A stretch of DNA of 64,000 bases. It comes from an uncultured Alphaproteobacteria bacterium. GTDB taxonomy: Bacteria > Pseudomonadota > Alphaproteobacteria > SHNJ01. The DNA lies in assembly GCA_964647725.1 (NCBI GenBank), contig CAZYJI010000003.1:70121-134120 (forward strand). Reading direction: 5' to 3'. This document shows positions 1 through 9,413 of this stretch, in pieces. The notes under the pieces are model-generated. The model saw only the letters and a list, made by a program, of their open reading frames with translations, did no database searches and was not told the DNA's origin. Position 1 is the stretch's first letter. The number at the start of each line of letters is the position of its first letter. The position numbers were made by a program, and so were the translations under genes.

Positions 1-2
1 CC

Positions 3-1841
3 CTAACCTCTTAAAAATTCTTCGCTCATTAACAAAGCGGCGTGCTGGTTCGCGTTCCAGGTTAAAATCGATGCGCTGCGGCTTAATTGCAGGCGCAATG
101 TGTTGACGGTGCGGTTATAAAAACTGCGTGCCGATTCTTGGCCTTGGATCAAGGCTCCAATTTCGGTTGCGATCATTATACGTTGCAGCATGCCGGAATC
201 GGTTTTCCAATCCGCGTTGCTTTGCGAATAACCGCGCACATCCGGCGCATAGCCAAGCCGCATATTTAATTTCTGCAAATATTCGAATATCGCCGTTTGC
301 AAGAGATTCCGTTGTGTATCATTTAATACGACCGGCGTGTTACCCGTGATGCGGGGAAATAAATTGGAACTGCGCAACGCGGCAATAACCCAACGTTGCG
401 GATTTTTGAATTTATGGAATAGGTAGTTATTATTTAGCGCCAATAAATTGTCATATCCGACCAAAGCCCGTGCCACCGCGCCCAAATCGCCGCCGGTATT
501 GTTCCAAACGCCCACCAAGTGATTTGTCAAGGTTGTCATTGTTCCCCAATCCAATTGATCGGAAACAAAATATTTGACGATTTTTTTAACGATATGGCGC
601 GCGCAAGCGGGATGATTCGCGATCATCCGTATGACGCGTTGCTGTTGATCGGCGACATGCCATTGAATAAAATGTGCATCCAATGGATATTCCGCCAAAG
701 TATAAGGCAAGAACGGCGTCAAATCATATCCACGGTTCAGATAATTAAAGCTGGTTGCAGATCTTGCATTGCCTGGATGCATATGGCTGGCGCGACTGAT
801 GCGGACCGTGCCGCGGGGATAAGATACGCCGCCATCCATAAAAGGCGTAAGCGCCGCTATGCGGCCGCTTATAATATAGGACAATTCTTGAATGGTTTGG
901 GTGGTATACACCGGCATTCCTGCCGGATAATTGCTAGGATTATTGCCTACGGTGTGCAATTCCAAAATTTCACGGGCATAGTTTTGATTGGGATTAGGAG
1001 CGAAAGTTTCTCCATCCAAATGAAATATCATCGCGGCATTATTAAACGACGCATAGACTAAGTCATCGAATTTTCCGAACATGTTCGGAAAAATTACGTC
1101 TTTCATAAAGCCTGTGCCAAGCAAGCCTTTTTTCGCGCTGGGCATATTCAGGCGGTCCATTTGATGGATGGTGCCAAAATGATTGAACCAGAACATCGAC
1201 CAGGCCAGGGCAAACGGTTGGCGGGTGGTGACCGCATCGCGCATGAATTTGCCCCATTCGTCGGTATAGGCATTCCAGAAAACAGCCCAACTGGTATTGT
1301 TAAAACCGCCCATTGGGTGGCGCGATTCATATACGTCCAATAATTGGCTGGTGTTGCGGTAATCGCTGCCAAAATCCCGCGGTTGTGTGGTTTGATTGCG
1401 CAACCAATTGACCGGCCCGCCAGCCTGATTAATATCGGCATCTTCGCCATAAGCAGGACCAAGGCCAAAACGATGCATCGCGGTTAAGGATGCCATTGGA
1501 ATGGCGCGGGATTCGTAGCCCGTAGTACCTTGAGGATTGGGACTGGTATTTGGGTTCAATATGGTTGTCGCGCTTAGTTGATCACTGCTGCGTGTAGCGC
1601 GTATATTCGATCGTACCAACCTGCTCATGTTGTTCCGCATGGCATCTTGTGCGGGGCGGCTGATGAAATTCTGTGCTTCTGCGGCGCTAATCGTTTTTAC
1701 AGGAGTAGCTTGGCCCAAAGCTTTGCTCAATTGCTGTTTTTCGGTGGCGGATAGAACCTGCGCTGTGGGAGATGTTATTTTGCTCAAAGAAGTTTTCACA
1801 ACTTGCCGAGCTTGTTCCGGTGACAATTGATTTTGGCTCAT
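3..1841 (-). CDS. DUF1800-family protein (3' end runs off window start)
   Basis: 612-aa ORF with a motif resembling the DUF1800 signature (ILELHTVG ... Q). No stop before the window edge, so the C-terminus is truncated. Confidence 0.5.
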   Translation of the reverse strand: MSQNQLSPEQARQVVKTSLSKITSPTAQVLSATEKQQLSKALGQATPVKTISAAEAQNFISRPAQDAMRNNMSRLVRSNIRATRSSDQLSATTILNPNTSPNPQGTTGYESRAIPMASLTAMHRFGLGPAYGEDADINQAGGPVNWLRNQTTQPRDFGSDYRNTSQLLDVYESRHPMGGFNNTSWAVFWNAYTDEWGKFMRDAVTTRQPFALAWSMFWFNHFGTIHQMDRLNMPSAKKGLLGTGFMKDVIFPNMFGKFDDLVYASFNNAAMIFHLDGETFAPNPNQNYAREILELHTVGNNPSNYPAGMPVYTTQTIQELSYIISGRIAALTPFMDGGVSYPRGTVRISRASHMHPGNARSATSFNYLNRGYDLTPFLPYTLAEYPLDAHFIQWHVADQQQRVIRMIANHPACARHIVKKIVKYFVSDQLDWGTMTTLTNHLVGVWNNTGGDLGAVARALVGYDNLLALNNNYLFHKFKNPQRWVIAALRSSNLFPRITGNTPVVLNDTQRNLLQTAIFEYLQKLNMRLGYAPDVRGYSQSNADWKTDSGMLQRIMIATEIGALIQGQESARSFYNRTVNTLRLQLSRSASILTWNANQHAALLMSEEFLRG

Positions 1842-2100
1842 GAATTACCCGCTCCCAGGCTTTTGTATACGTTTTGCCTATTAAATTAGCCTAACAGAAA
1901 AATATCTTTTTAGCAAACAAAATACATATAAAAACTCACGATAATGTTACTATTTATTAATTTTTCAGCCTTGATAAACCAAGGAAATATAAAATCCTGA
2001 GGTGAAAATATCTGTAAAATGTCAACTATATTAATACGTTGCCGTGTTAATGCAGTATGCTGGAATAATCTCGCCCAGCCCTGATATTTAAGCCCTTGTA

Positions 2101-3024
2101 TTACGGCAGGTTATTGGTTAATTCGAGCCAGAATGGCAAGGTTAATACAAAACCCACCGCCTGAAGCCGTAATGTTGCCAAGCGTAATGTGGGATCATCG
2201 TTCACGCCGCCCGTATAAAGGGTAAAGCTTACCGGCGTGACGGCAAATAGGAACACCGCAACAATCAATGAACCTGATCCAACAACGCCAAACATAGGCG
2301 CCATTATGGCGGCAAGCGCCGGCAACAGGATGGCCTTCACCGCAGAAGCCGGCAAAGCCGATTTCCAAGGCAGAGGCAATTTCGGCCCGATCAAACTTGT
2401 ACCGGCCAGAATAACGCCCAAAGGCAAGGCTGCCTTTGCAGTAGTCTTAAATGCATCTTCCAAAAGTTCGGGTAAATCAAATCCTTCGAACATCATCAGG
2501 AATCCGAACAAACAGCTAAGAACCGGCGGATTGACAATGGCTTTTTTAAAGGCCGCTTTGAAATCAACTCCCCTGCCCGCAAAACGTTCCAATCCAATAT
2601 TCAAAATATTGAGAAGCGGAATCCATATTGCGGCTGCGATAACCGCACTTTCCATTCCATCAAACCCAAGCCCAAGCAACACGCCGGCACAGGCAATAAA
2701 TATATTATGCTGCATCACGCTTTGAATACTGGCGGATATGGCTTCATTATTTGCGCCGCGCAATCGCGCAACAATACCCATTAAAACGCCTGCCGCGATG
2801 CTGGCGGCAATGATCAATTGAACCATACCCCATTGATGCTGATCGATACGGTTAATATCGGATAAAATAAAAATAATCAGGATTGGCAGTAAAATATTTT
2901 TTGCCAACTGCTCTGCGCGGAACCAAAGCTTTTCCTTGCGCACAAAAAATCGCAACAATGCGCCAAAGCCCATTAATAAAAATAACGGACCAACAATGAT
3001 AATGATTTCAATAATATTGTTCAT
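2101..3024 (-). CDS. AEC (auxin efflux carrier) family membrane transporter
   Basis: Roughly 10-TM hydrophobic profile about 300 aa long. Likely start is MNNIIEIIIIVGPLFLL at 3024; the longer ORF start at 3099 would overlap the rpsU terminator. Confidence 0.6.
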   Translation of the reverse strand: MNNIIEIIIIVGPLFLLMGFGALLRFFVRKEKLWFRAEQLAKNILLPILIIFILSDINRIDQHQWGMVQLIIAASIAAGVLMGIVARLRGANNEAISASIQSVMQHNIFIACAGVLLGLGFDGMESAVIAAAIWIPLLNILNIGLERFAGRGVDFKAAFKKAIVNPPVLSCLFGFLMMFEGFDLPELLEDAFKTTAKAALPLGVILAGTSLIGPKLPLPWKSALPASAVKAILLPALAAIMAPMFGVVGSGSLIVAVFLFAVTPVSFTLYTGGVNDDPTLRLATLRLQAVGFVLTLPFWLELTNNLP

Positions 3025-3065
3025 GCCGGAACTATAATCTGGCCGCGAATGAATGACAACAAGCC

Positions 3066-3092
3066 AAACAAAAACCCCGCACATTGGCGGGG
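3066..3092 (-). terminator. rho-independent terminator downstream of rpsU
   Basis: Stem ccccgc/gcgggg (3075-3080 and 3087-3092) with a U-run on the minus strand (the A-run 3066-3074 on plus). Confidence 0.5.
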
Positions 3093-3119
3093 TTTTCATT
3101 TAAATCTTGGACACAAAGA

Positions 3120-3338
3120 TTAAAAACCTTCGGTCTGCAGTTTTTTGCGTTGTAATTTGCGCAAACGACGAACTGCTTCGGATTTTTCGCGGGCTTTGCG
3201 TTGCGACGGCTTTTCATAATGACGGCGCAGTTTCATTTCCCGGAAAACGCCTTCGCGTTGCAGTTTTTTCTTCAAAACCCGCATCGCTTGTTCGACGTTA
3301 TTATCGCGTACGATAACTTCCACTCTAATCAACTCCAT
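3120..3338 (-). CDS. rpsU: 30S ribosomal protein S21
   Basis: [51 protein letters not shown] closely matches alphaproteobacterial S21. Start trimmed to the internal Met (MELIRVEV...). Confidence 0.85.
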   Translation of the reverse strand: MELIRVEVIVRDNNVEQAMRVLKKKLQREGVFREMKLRRHYEKPSQRKAREKSEAVRRLRKLQRKKLQTEGF

Positions 3339-3487
3339 TCTAATGTTAAATTTGGCGCGCCCGATATTGGACAGGCCAGAAATTAGGTGGACTTTGCTTT
3401 TAGCATATTTCATGCTAAATAAAAGCCGCAAAGCACATTCGCTAAACCCATTCTAAAGCATTGTATTATCACAAGGATTTATTAAAA

Positions 3488-4228
3488 ATGGCTAAAAAAT
3501 CCGCCCGAAAAACCCCGAAAAAATCCCTGAAACCGGCCAAAAAGCCTGTTAAATCGGCAAAACGCCCGGGGCAACAACCCAAACAAAGCGCCGCCAGACC
3601 CAAAATCGGCGATCAAAAACAGCAATTATTTTTGGCGACATTAAAACATGCGGGCAAACATGGATTCAGCCTGGCCGCAATTCATGCCGGCGAGGATGAT
3701 ATGAGAATGGATCGCAACAAGGCACATTTATTGTTCAGCAATCCGCAACGCGATTTGTTGAAATATTTTTTGGCGTGGAGCAATGAACAATTGGCGGATA
3801 AACTGCGCGACTTGCCGAAGAAACAATGGAAAGTGCGCGAAAAAGTTTCTTATGGCGTGAGCAAGAAATTGGAATTGCTGACACCCTATCGTGACGCGGA
3901 AAAACAAGCTTTGTTGCTGACCGCGCGTCCCATGTATGCGGACTTATCGCTGAAAACTTTATACGATACTTGCGATATTATCTGGCGCGGTGCAGGTGAT
4001 ACATCGACCGATTGGAATTTTTATACCAAGCGCACGCTGCTGGCGGGCGTATATACGACGACATTATTATTCTGGTTGCGCGATGAATCGGAAGATTACG
4101 AAGACACCTGGCAATTTTTATCGCGCCGGATTGACAATGTGATGGCGATCAATAAAATCAAGGCCGCGTTCAAAAACCGCGAGACGTTCAAAGCCGGATT
4201 CGATTTCCTGAAAAAATTCGCAGCTTAG
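3488..4228 (+). CDS. COQ9-family protein (RpsU-divergently transcribed protein)
   Basis: Divergent from rpsU as is typical in alphaproteobacteria, with a lysine-rich N-terminus and a COQ9-like C-terminal domain. Start taken at MAKKSARK. Confidence 0.65.
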   Translation: MAKKSARKTPKKSLKPAKKPVKSAKRPGQQPKQSAARPKIGDQKQQLFLATLKHAGKHGFSLAAIHAGEDDMRMDRNKAHLLFSNPQRDLLKYFLAWSNEQLADKLRDLPKKQWKVREKVSYGVSKKLELLTPYRDAEKQALLLTARPMYADLSLKTLYDTCDIIWRGAGDTSTDWNFYTKRTLLAGVYTTTLLFWLRDESEDYEDTWQFLSRRIDNVMAINKIKAAFKNRETFKAGFDFLKKFAA

Positions 4229-5307
4229 GCAACCCGGTGATGTTGCCGATTTTGCAGCCATAAATGCAAAGCCTGTTGTGACACCGCATTGGTAACCGGG
4301 TTCGATCCGCATTTACCGCTGCCGCCACCCAAAATAATCGTGGTCAAATCGGTGGTTTTCACATCGCACCCAATATCGGTCAACTGCTGTTTATATTTCG
4401 CACTCAATGCGTAAGCGGTCAAATCTACACCGGCTTTGCTCGCCAATTTTGCCAACTGCACCGCGGTTGGATCGTTGGGATTCACATCGTGCAATAAAAC
4501 CTTATTGCCCAAAACAACGCCATTAGTACCCATGGCCGTGGCATCGTGATCCGAAATATTCAACCACAATGCTTCCGGCACAACCGATTTAATCCGCGCC
4601 AAACCTTCGTCGGTGATAACCGGCCGATGAATAACCAAATAGCCGGCTTCGGATCCGGGTTGCATGGTGGCGGTGTCCATATGAAAGCCCGATTGTTCGG
4701 ATGGCGAGCTTGCCACACGCAACGGCACCGGAACCACGCGCACTTTTAAAACATCCTGCAGAAATTGCGCCGCGCCTTCATCCGAACGCGGACCGCATCC
4801 CATTAAATACGCCTGAATTTCTTGGGTTTTCGGATCGCGAATAACGACCGTATCGCCGCTGCCTTCCCAATGCAAATAGCCGGGCATTTCGACAATCGTT
4901 GCATTTAAACTTTCGGCCAATTTGCGAAAATGTTTTACTTCGCCGCCGCGATAATTCTTAAACCGGAAATTGGATAAAACCGCAATTAATTCGCCTTCTT
5001 CGGTGATGTGAAACATGCCTGGGTCGGCGGTATAAACTTGATCGGCCAAATGTGGATTGGGATCGACATATTCCAATTTTGCACCCAAGAATTGGTGCAT
5101 TAAACGATGCGCGCCTTTTAATTGTGTTTGCGTCAGCTTGCTATAGGCTGCTGGATCGGCATGATATACGCGCGCGCCTTCGCTCATATGGCTGTTATTG
5201 GTTGCGTTGATCGCAAAAAACGGCGTGTGGCAGACCGCAAACATGGCGGCCGGAGATGCCCGTAAAGTTTGTGCGGGAAGCGCCGCTTGGTAGGCGATTG
5301 CGGTCAT
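4225..5307 (-). CDS. amidinotransferase-superfamily enzyme (arginine deiminase/DDAH/citrulline-hydrolase-like)
   Basis: HxDT-like motif (SGFHMDTA) and a C-terminal catalytic-Cys motif (GGGSGKCGSNP) that resembles ADI GGPRCMSMP. Divergent from argR. True start may be an internal Met. Confidence 0.55.
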   Translation of the reverse strand: MTAIAYQAALPAQTLRASPAAMFAVCHTPFFAINATNNSHMSEGARVYHADPAAYSKLTQTQLKGAHRLMHQFLGAKLEYVDPNPHLADQVYTADPGMFHITEEGELIAVLSNFRFKNYRGGEVKHFRKLAESLNATIVEMPGYLHWEGSGDTVVIRDPKTQEIQAYLMGCGPRSDEGAAQFLQDVLKVRVVPVPLRVASSPSEQSGFHMDTATMQPGSEAGYLVIHRPVITDEGLARIKSVVPEALWLNISDHDATAMGTNGVVLGNKVLLHDVNPNDPTAVQLAKLASKAGVDLTAYALSAKYKQQLTDIGCDVKTTDLTTIILGGGSGKCGSNPVTNAVSQQALHLWLQNRQHHRVA

Positions 5308-5612
5308 TATGCAGCCATGGTTTTTTGATTTGCCCAGGCAGCATAAGCGGCCAATGCTGCATCCAACGCAACCGGTTTTTTATCAGCATCGGTAATTTTA
5401 ATTTTGACTTCAACTGGCGTTCTTCCACCTGTAACGGCTTCTCGATTATCTCTTATTATTTGTTGTTGATGAGAATCAACCACTGCGCCTGCAAATTCTA
5501 AAGTTGGCGCAATAACTTCAGGACCGATATTATTTCCATGCGGCCCAATCATCACAATAGTGAATGCGGTCGAGATCGAGAATGTTGCTACTACCCCAGA
5601 TTTTTTCTTCAT
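5307..5612 (-). CDS. hypothetical small protein, translationally coupled (TAATG overlap) to the amidinotransferase-like gene
   Basis: 101-aa ORF with protein-like composition. Its stop overlaps the downstream start codon. Confidence 0.35.
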   Translation of the reverse strand: MKKKSGVVATFSISTAFTIVMIGPHGNNIGPEVIAPTLEFAGAVVDSHQQQIIRDNREAVTGGRTPVEVKIKITDADKKPVALDAALAAYAAWANQKTMAA

Positions 5613-5659
5613 TATTATATATCCTTGTTTCTACGTTTTGTTCCAAGGCAATTTCTCAT

Positions 5660-5750
5660 AATTATGCAAAAAGCGCAATCAACCACTGATATTTATGCAT
5701 TTCTATTGACATATTATGCGTTTAGGGATATTTTATGCGAGTTTTATGCG
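5660..5750. promoter_or_regulatory. phased TTATGC(R) repeats (ARG-box-like half sites) in the divergent argR/amidinotransferase leader
   Basis: TTATGC at 5662, 5693, 5714, 5733 and 5744, with spacings of roughly 1-3 helical turns. Also a 10-bp palindrome CATAATTATG at 5657-5666. Confidence 0.35.
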
Positions 5751-5762
5751 TAAGGAGATTTC

Positions 5763-6227
5763 ATGCCACAAACCAAACCGCAACCATCTTTGTCCGGCGC
5801 ATTACTGCAAATCATTCAATCCGGCGAAGCGGGAACGCAGCAACATTTGATATCGATGCTTTCCAAACAAGGCCTGGCCGCCAATCAATCGTCGATTTCG
5901 CGGGCGCTTAGAAAAATTGGCGCGGTAAAAAGTTTGAACGCCAAGGGCGAAGCGGTGTATCGCATTCCCCACGCCGCCAGCCAGATTGGGCGCAGCCAAA
6001 CCATCCGCGATTTGGTCACCCATATTACATCGAACGAACAATTGATTTTGGTGCACACCTGTACGGGGAGCGCGAATGTGGTGGCGCAATTGATCGACGA
6101 ACAGGATTTGCCGGAATTGCTTGGTACACTTGCGGGCGATAATACATTGATGATCGTGCCGAAATCGATTCGCCAAAAATCGACACTGGAAAAGAAACTC
6201 GCGGATTTTTTTAATTTATCTTTATAA
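5763..6227 (+). CDS. argR: arginine repressor ArgR
   Basis: N-terminal winged-helix (SISRALRKIG) and C-terminal GTLAGDNTLMIV matching the ArgR oligomerisation/arginine-binding motif GTIAGDDT. AAGGAG RBS 6 nt upstream. Confidence 0.8.
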   Translation: MPQTKPQPSLSGALLQIIQSGEAGTQQHLISMLSKQGLAANQSSISRALRKIGAVKSLNAKGEAVYRIPHAASQIGRSQTIRDLVTHITSNEQLILVHTCTGSANVVAQLIDEQDLPELLGTLAGDNTLMIVPKSIRQKSTLEKKLADFFNLSL

Positions 6228-6233
6228 GCGCGA

Positions 6234-7298
6234 TTATTTTTTCATAATGCGCGTGACATGGCCCATTTTGCGGCCTGGTTTCGCATCCGCCTTGCCATAT
6301 AAATGCAATTTGGCGCATGGATCGTTTAAATAAGTCGCGAATTGATCGACCATATCGCCCAGTAAATTTTTCATTCTGGCGGGCGCAAGCATCGCCGCAC
6401 TGCCAAGTGGCAAGTCACATGCGGCGCGAATCGATTGTTCGAACTGCGATGTCACCGCCGCATCAATGCTCCAATGGCCGGAATTATGCGGGCGTGGCGC
6501 GATTTCATTCATGTAAATCACGCCATCATTGCCGACAAACATTTCAACCGCCATCAAACCTTGCAATTTAATTTGCTGTGCCATTTTGCGCGCCATCAAT
6601 GTCGCGCTTTTCACTAATTTCGGATATATCGGCGCGGGTACGATGGTTTCATCCAAAATATGATTCTTGTGCCGGTTTTCAACGACGGGATAAGTAACCA
6701 CTTCGCCGCTGGGCGATCTGGCGACAATCACCGAAACTTCCAATTTGAAATCGACCATTTTCTCGAGGATTAATGGCACGCCACCAAGCGCCTTCCAGGC
6801 ATCTTGCAAATCTGATTTCTTTTTAATTTTAAATTGGCCCTTGCCGTCATATCCCATACGGCGGGTTTTCAGAATTCCGGGAAGGCCGCTTTTATCCGCG
6901 GCTTTTTCTAGGCCGTCTGAACTATCGACCGCTTCGTATTTTGCAGTTGGAATTTTAAGGCCGCGCGCGAAATCTTTTTCGAGCAAACGGTCTTGCGCGA
7001 TTTTCAATACATTCGCTCCGGGACGAACCGGAACTTTTTTCGATAAATATTCAACTGCCTCGACCGGAACATTTTCAAATTCTAACGTTACGACATCGAC
7101 CGATTTTGCAAATGCATCCAACGCTTTTTTATCGTCATATTCGGCAATCGTGACCAGATTTGTCACCTGCCCCGCTGGCGGATCGGATTCCGGGCAAAAA
7201 ATATGGGTGCGATATCCCATTTCGGACGCGGCAATCGCCATCATCCGGCCCAACTGGCCGCCGCCCAGAATACCGATGGTGGAACCTGGCGCAATCAT
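6234..7298 (-). CDS. purK: N5-carboxyaminoimidazole ribonucleotide synthase
   Basis: ATP-grasp domain; ILGGGQLGRMM N-terminus is typical of PurK. Confidence 0.9.
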   Translation of the reverse strand: MIAPGSTIGILGGGQLGRMMAIAASEMGYRTHIFCPESDPPAGQVTNLVTIAEYDDKKALDAFAKSVDVVTLEFENVPVEAVEYLSKKVPVRPGANVLKIAQDRLLEKDFARGLKIPTAKYEAVDSSDGLEKAADKSGLPGILKTRRMGYDGKGQFKIKKKSDLQDAWKALGGVPLILEKMVDFKLEVSVIVARSPSGEVVTYPVVENRHKNHILDETIVPAPIYPKLVKSATLMARKMAQQIKLQGLMAVEMFVGNDGVIYMNEIAPRPHNSGHWSIDAAVTSQFEQSIRAACDLPLGSAAMLAPARMKNLLGDMVDQFATYLNDPCAKLHLYGKADAKPGRKMGHVTRIMKK

Positions 7299-7856
7299 CT
7301 ATGCAACGCGCCTTTTGCTTAATTTAGGATGCGCGACTTTGCCTTTTGGATTATTCGGCACGCCGGCCGTTTGCAATTTACGGAACTGCGCCAATTTTTT
7401 TGCGAGTTTTTTATCCGACAATGCCAGAACACTTACTGCAATCAATGCCGCATTTTTCGCGCCAGCCTTGCCGATGGCCAATGTGCCAACCGGAACGCCG
7501 GCGGGCATTTGCACGATCGATAATAAACTGTCATGTCCTTTTAAACTTTGTGTTTCGACCGGAACGCCAAATACCGGCAATGCGGTCAACGATGCCGCCA
7601 TGCCCGGCAAATGCGCCGCGCCGCCAGCGCCAGCGATCAATACCTGCAATCCGCGCGTATCAGCGGTGGTGGCATAATCAAACAAACGTTGCGGTGTTCT
7701 GTGCGCCGAAACGACTTGGGCTTCGAATGGGACGCCGAATTCATCCAGCATTTCCGCCGCATGGCGCATCGTGTCCCAATCGCTGGGAGATCCCATAATA
7801 ATACCCACGACAGGGCGTCCCGGAGTTTTGGAAAAAAAAACGTCTTTGCCCTGCAT
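7299..7856 (-). CDS. purE: N5-CAIR mutase
   Basis: [14 protein letters not shown] ... [12 protein letters not shown] are PurE motifs. Start trimmed to MQGKD. Confidence 0.9.
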   Translation of the reverse strand: MQGKDVFFSKTPGRPVVGIIMGSPSDWDTMRHAAEMLDEFGVPFEAQVVSAHRTPQRLFDYATTADTRGLQVLIAGAGGAAHLPGMAASLTALPVFGVPVETQSLKGHDSLLSIVQMPAGVPVGTLAIGKAGAKNAALIAVSVLALSDKKLAKKLAQFRKLQTAGVPNNPKGKVAHPKLSKRRVA

Positions 7857-7896
7857 GGTTCGGGTCCTTTTTTTGGTTTTGGATTTTTTCATGAAA

Positions 7897-8097
7897 CTAA
7901 GCGGTGATATCGGGAATGAGTTTGCTTTCCAGAGAAGCTATCTGGGTTTTGATTTCCAGTTTGCGTTTTTTCAAACGCGCCAATTGCAATTGATCGAAAC
8001 TGCGCTCTGCCTGCATTTGCGAAATAACGCCATCCAAATCACGGTGTTCAACCCGCAATTGATCCAATTTTTCGCGCAAAACTTCGATATTATCCAT
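7897..8097 (-). CDS. DUF465 (YdcH-like) small protein
   Basis: [22 protein letters not shown] ... LKKRKLEIK is the DUF465 pattern. Confidence 0.7.
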   Translation of the reverse strand: MDNIEVLREKLDQLRVEHRDLDGVISQMQAERSFDQLQLARLKKRKLEIKTQIASLESKLIPDITA

Positions 8098-8305
8098 TCG
8101 TGCAATACCATAGGGCCGCGTCGATGAGTTTTGGCTCGCCTCGACACTTGTTAAACTATTCTTATATAACAATTTTTTGCAAATTTCAATCATATTTTAC
8201 AACTTTCCCTTGTAAAATATGCCGCTAAAATATTGCAATGCAACGATTTTTGCTTTAACTTTTACCCTTCCTATAACAACAAAATCATTAAGGTTTCGCA
8301 ATATT

Positions 8306-9394
8306 ATGAGCAAAATTAAACGGATCGGTGTTTTAACCAGCGGCGGCGATTGCAGCGGCCTGAACGCGGTTATCCGCGCAGTCGTACATCATGCGACATT
8401 ACATTATGGCTGGGAAGTATATGGCATTAACGATGGCACCAAGGGTTTAATGGACCGGCCGATGCGGTATCAAAAACTGACCGTAAAAGACGTCGACAGC
8501 AACGTATTGCGCATGGGCGGCACATTTTTAGGCACGGTGAATTCCGGAGATCCATTCGCCTATCCGATGCCGGATGGCAGCAAAAAAGACCGCAGCGAAG
8601 AAGTCATCGCCGGTTACCGCGAACTGGGATTAGATGCATTGATCAGCATGGGCGGCGATGGATCGATGGCGATTTTGCGCCGCATGGCGCAACAAGGCGG
8701 CATTAATTTTGTCGGCGTGCCGAAAACCATCGATAACGATTTGGGCGCAACGGAAAACGCGATTGGTTACGACACCGCCGTTCAAGTGGCGACCGAGGCA
8801 TTGGACCGTTTACAACCAACCGCCGCCAGTCATCACCGCGTGATGATTTTAGAGGTCATGGGACGCGATGCCGGCCATATTGCATTGACATCCGGTATTG
8901 CCGGCGGCGCGGATATTATTTTAATTCCGGAAATCCGCTGGAATATGGGTGCAGTTAAAAATAAAATTGAAACCCTGCGCAAAGGTGGCCGTAATTTCGC
9001 GCTGGTAGTTGTATCCGAAGCCGTCAAGACCGAGAAAAACGAACCCGTCATGCATAAATTCGCCGATGGCCAGGTGCGTTACGGCGGCATCGGGCAGTAT
9101 TTGGGCACACGCATCGCGCAAGAAACCGGCGCCGAAACACGCGTGACGGTTTTAGGCCACGTACAGCGCGGCGGTCAGCCCAGTGCGCTGGATCGGATGC
9201 TGGCATCATCGTTCGGTGTGCATGCGGTGGATTTGGTAGCGCAAGGAAAATTCGATCGTATCGTGGTTTGGCAAAACCGTACCGTGCGCGATGTTCCAAT
9301 TAGCGAAGCGATTGCATCATATCGCGCGGTTGAAACCGATGGCGCGCCAATCAAAACCGCGCGCGGTCTTGGAATTTGTTTAGGCGATCAATAA
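8306..9394 (+). CDS. pfk: 6-phosphofructokinase
   Basis: GVLTSGGDCSGLNA, GGDGS and MGR motifs present. Confidence 0.85.
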   Translation: MSKIKRIGVLTSGGDCSGLNAVIRAVVHHATLHYGWEVYGINDGTKGLMDRPMRYQKLTVKDVDSNVLRMGGTFLGTVNSGDPFAYPMPDGSKKDRSEEVIAGYRELGLDALISMGGDGSMAILRRMAQQGGINFVGVPKTIDNDLGATENAIGYDTAVQVATEALDRLQPTAASHHRVMILEVMGRDAGHIALTSGIAGGADIILIPEIRWNMGAVKNKIETLRKGGRNFALVVVSEAVKTEKNEPVMHKFADGQVRYGGIGQYLGTRIAQETGAETRVTVLGHVQRGGQPSALDRMLASSFGVHAVDLVAQGKFDRIVVWQNRTVRDVPISEAIASYRAVETDGAPIKTARGLGICLGDQ

Positions 9395-9413
9395 CCAGCT
9401 ATAAAGGTGATGT

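Noticed and set aside
1842-2100. 259-bp AT-rich intergenic region
   Set aside because: No repeats, palindromes or RNA-like pairing found; most simply the promoter region of the DUF1800 gene plus the 3' end of the AEC gene.
2237-2725. 162-aa plus-strand ORF
   Set aside because: Antisense to the AEC transporter gene; no independent support.
3099-3431. Longer start choices from the ORF track for the AEC gene (3099) and rpsU (3431)
   Set aside because: The extensions would run through the rpsU terminator or add non-conserved N-terminal residues. Internal Met starts match family N-termini.
6745-7677. 310-aa plus-strand ORF
   Set aside because: Lies entirely antisense to purK/purE, has low-complexity Ser/Ala/Pro composition and no motifs. 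It is an artefact of the GC-rich opposite strand.
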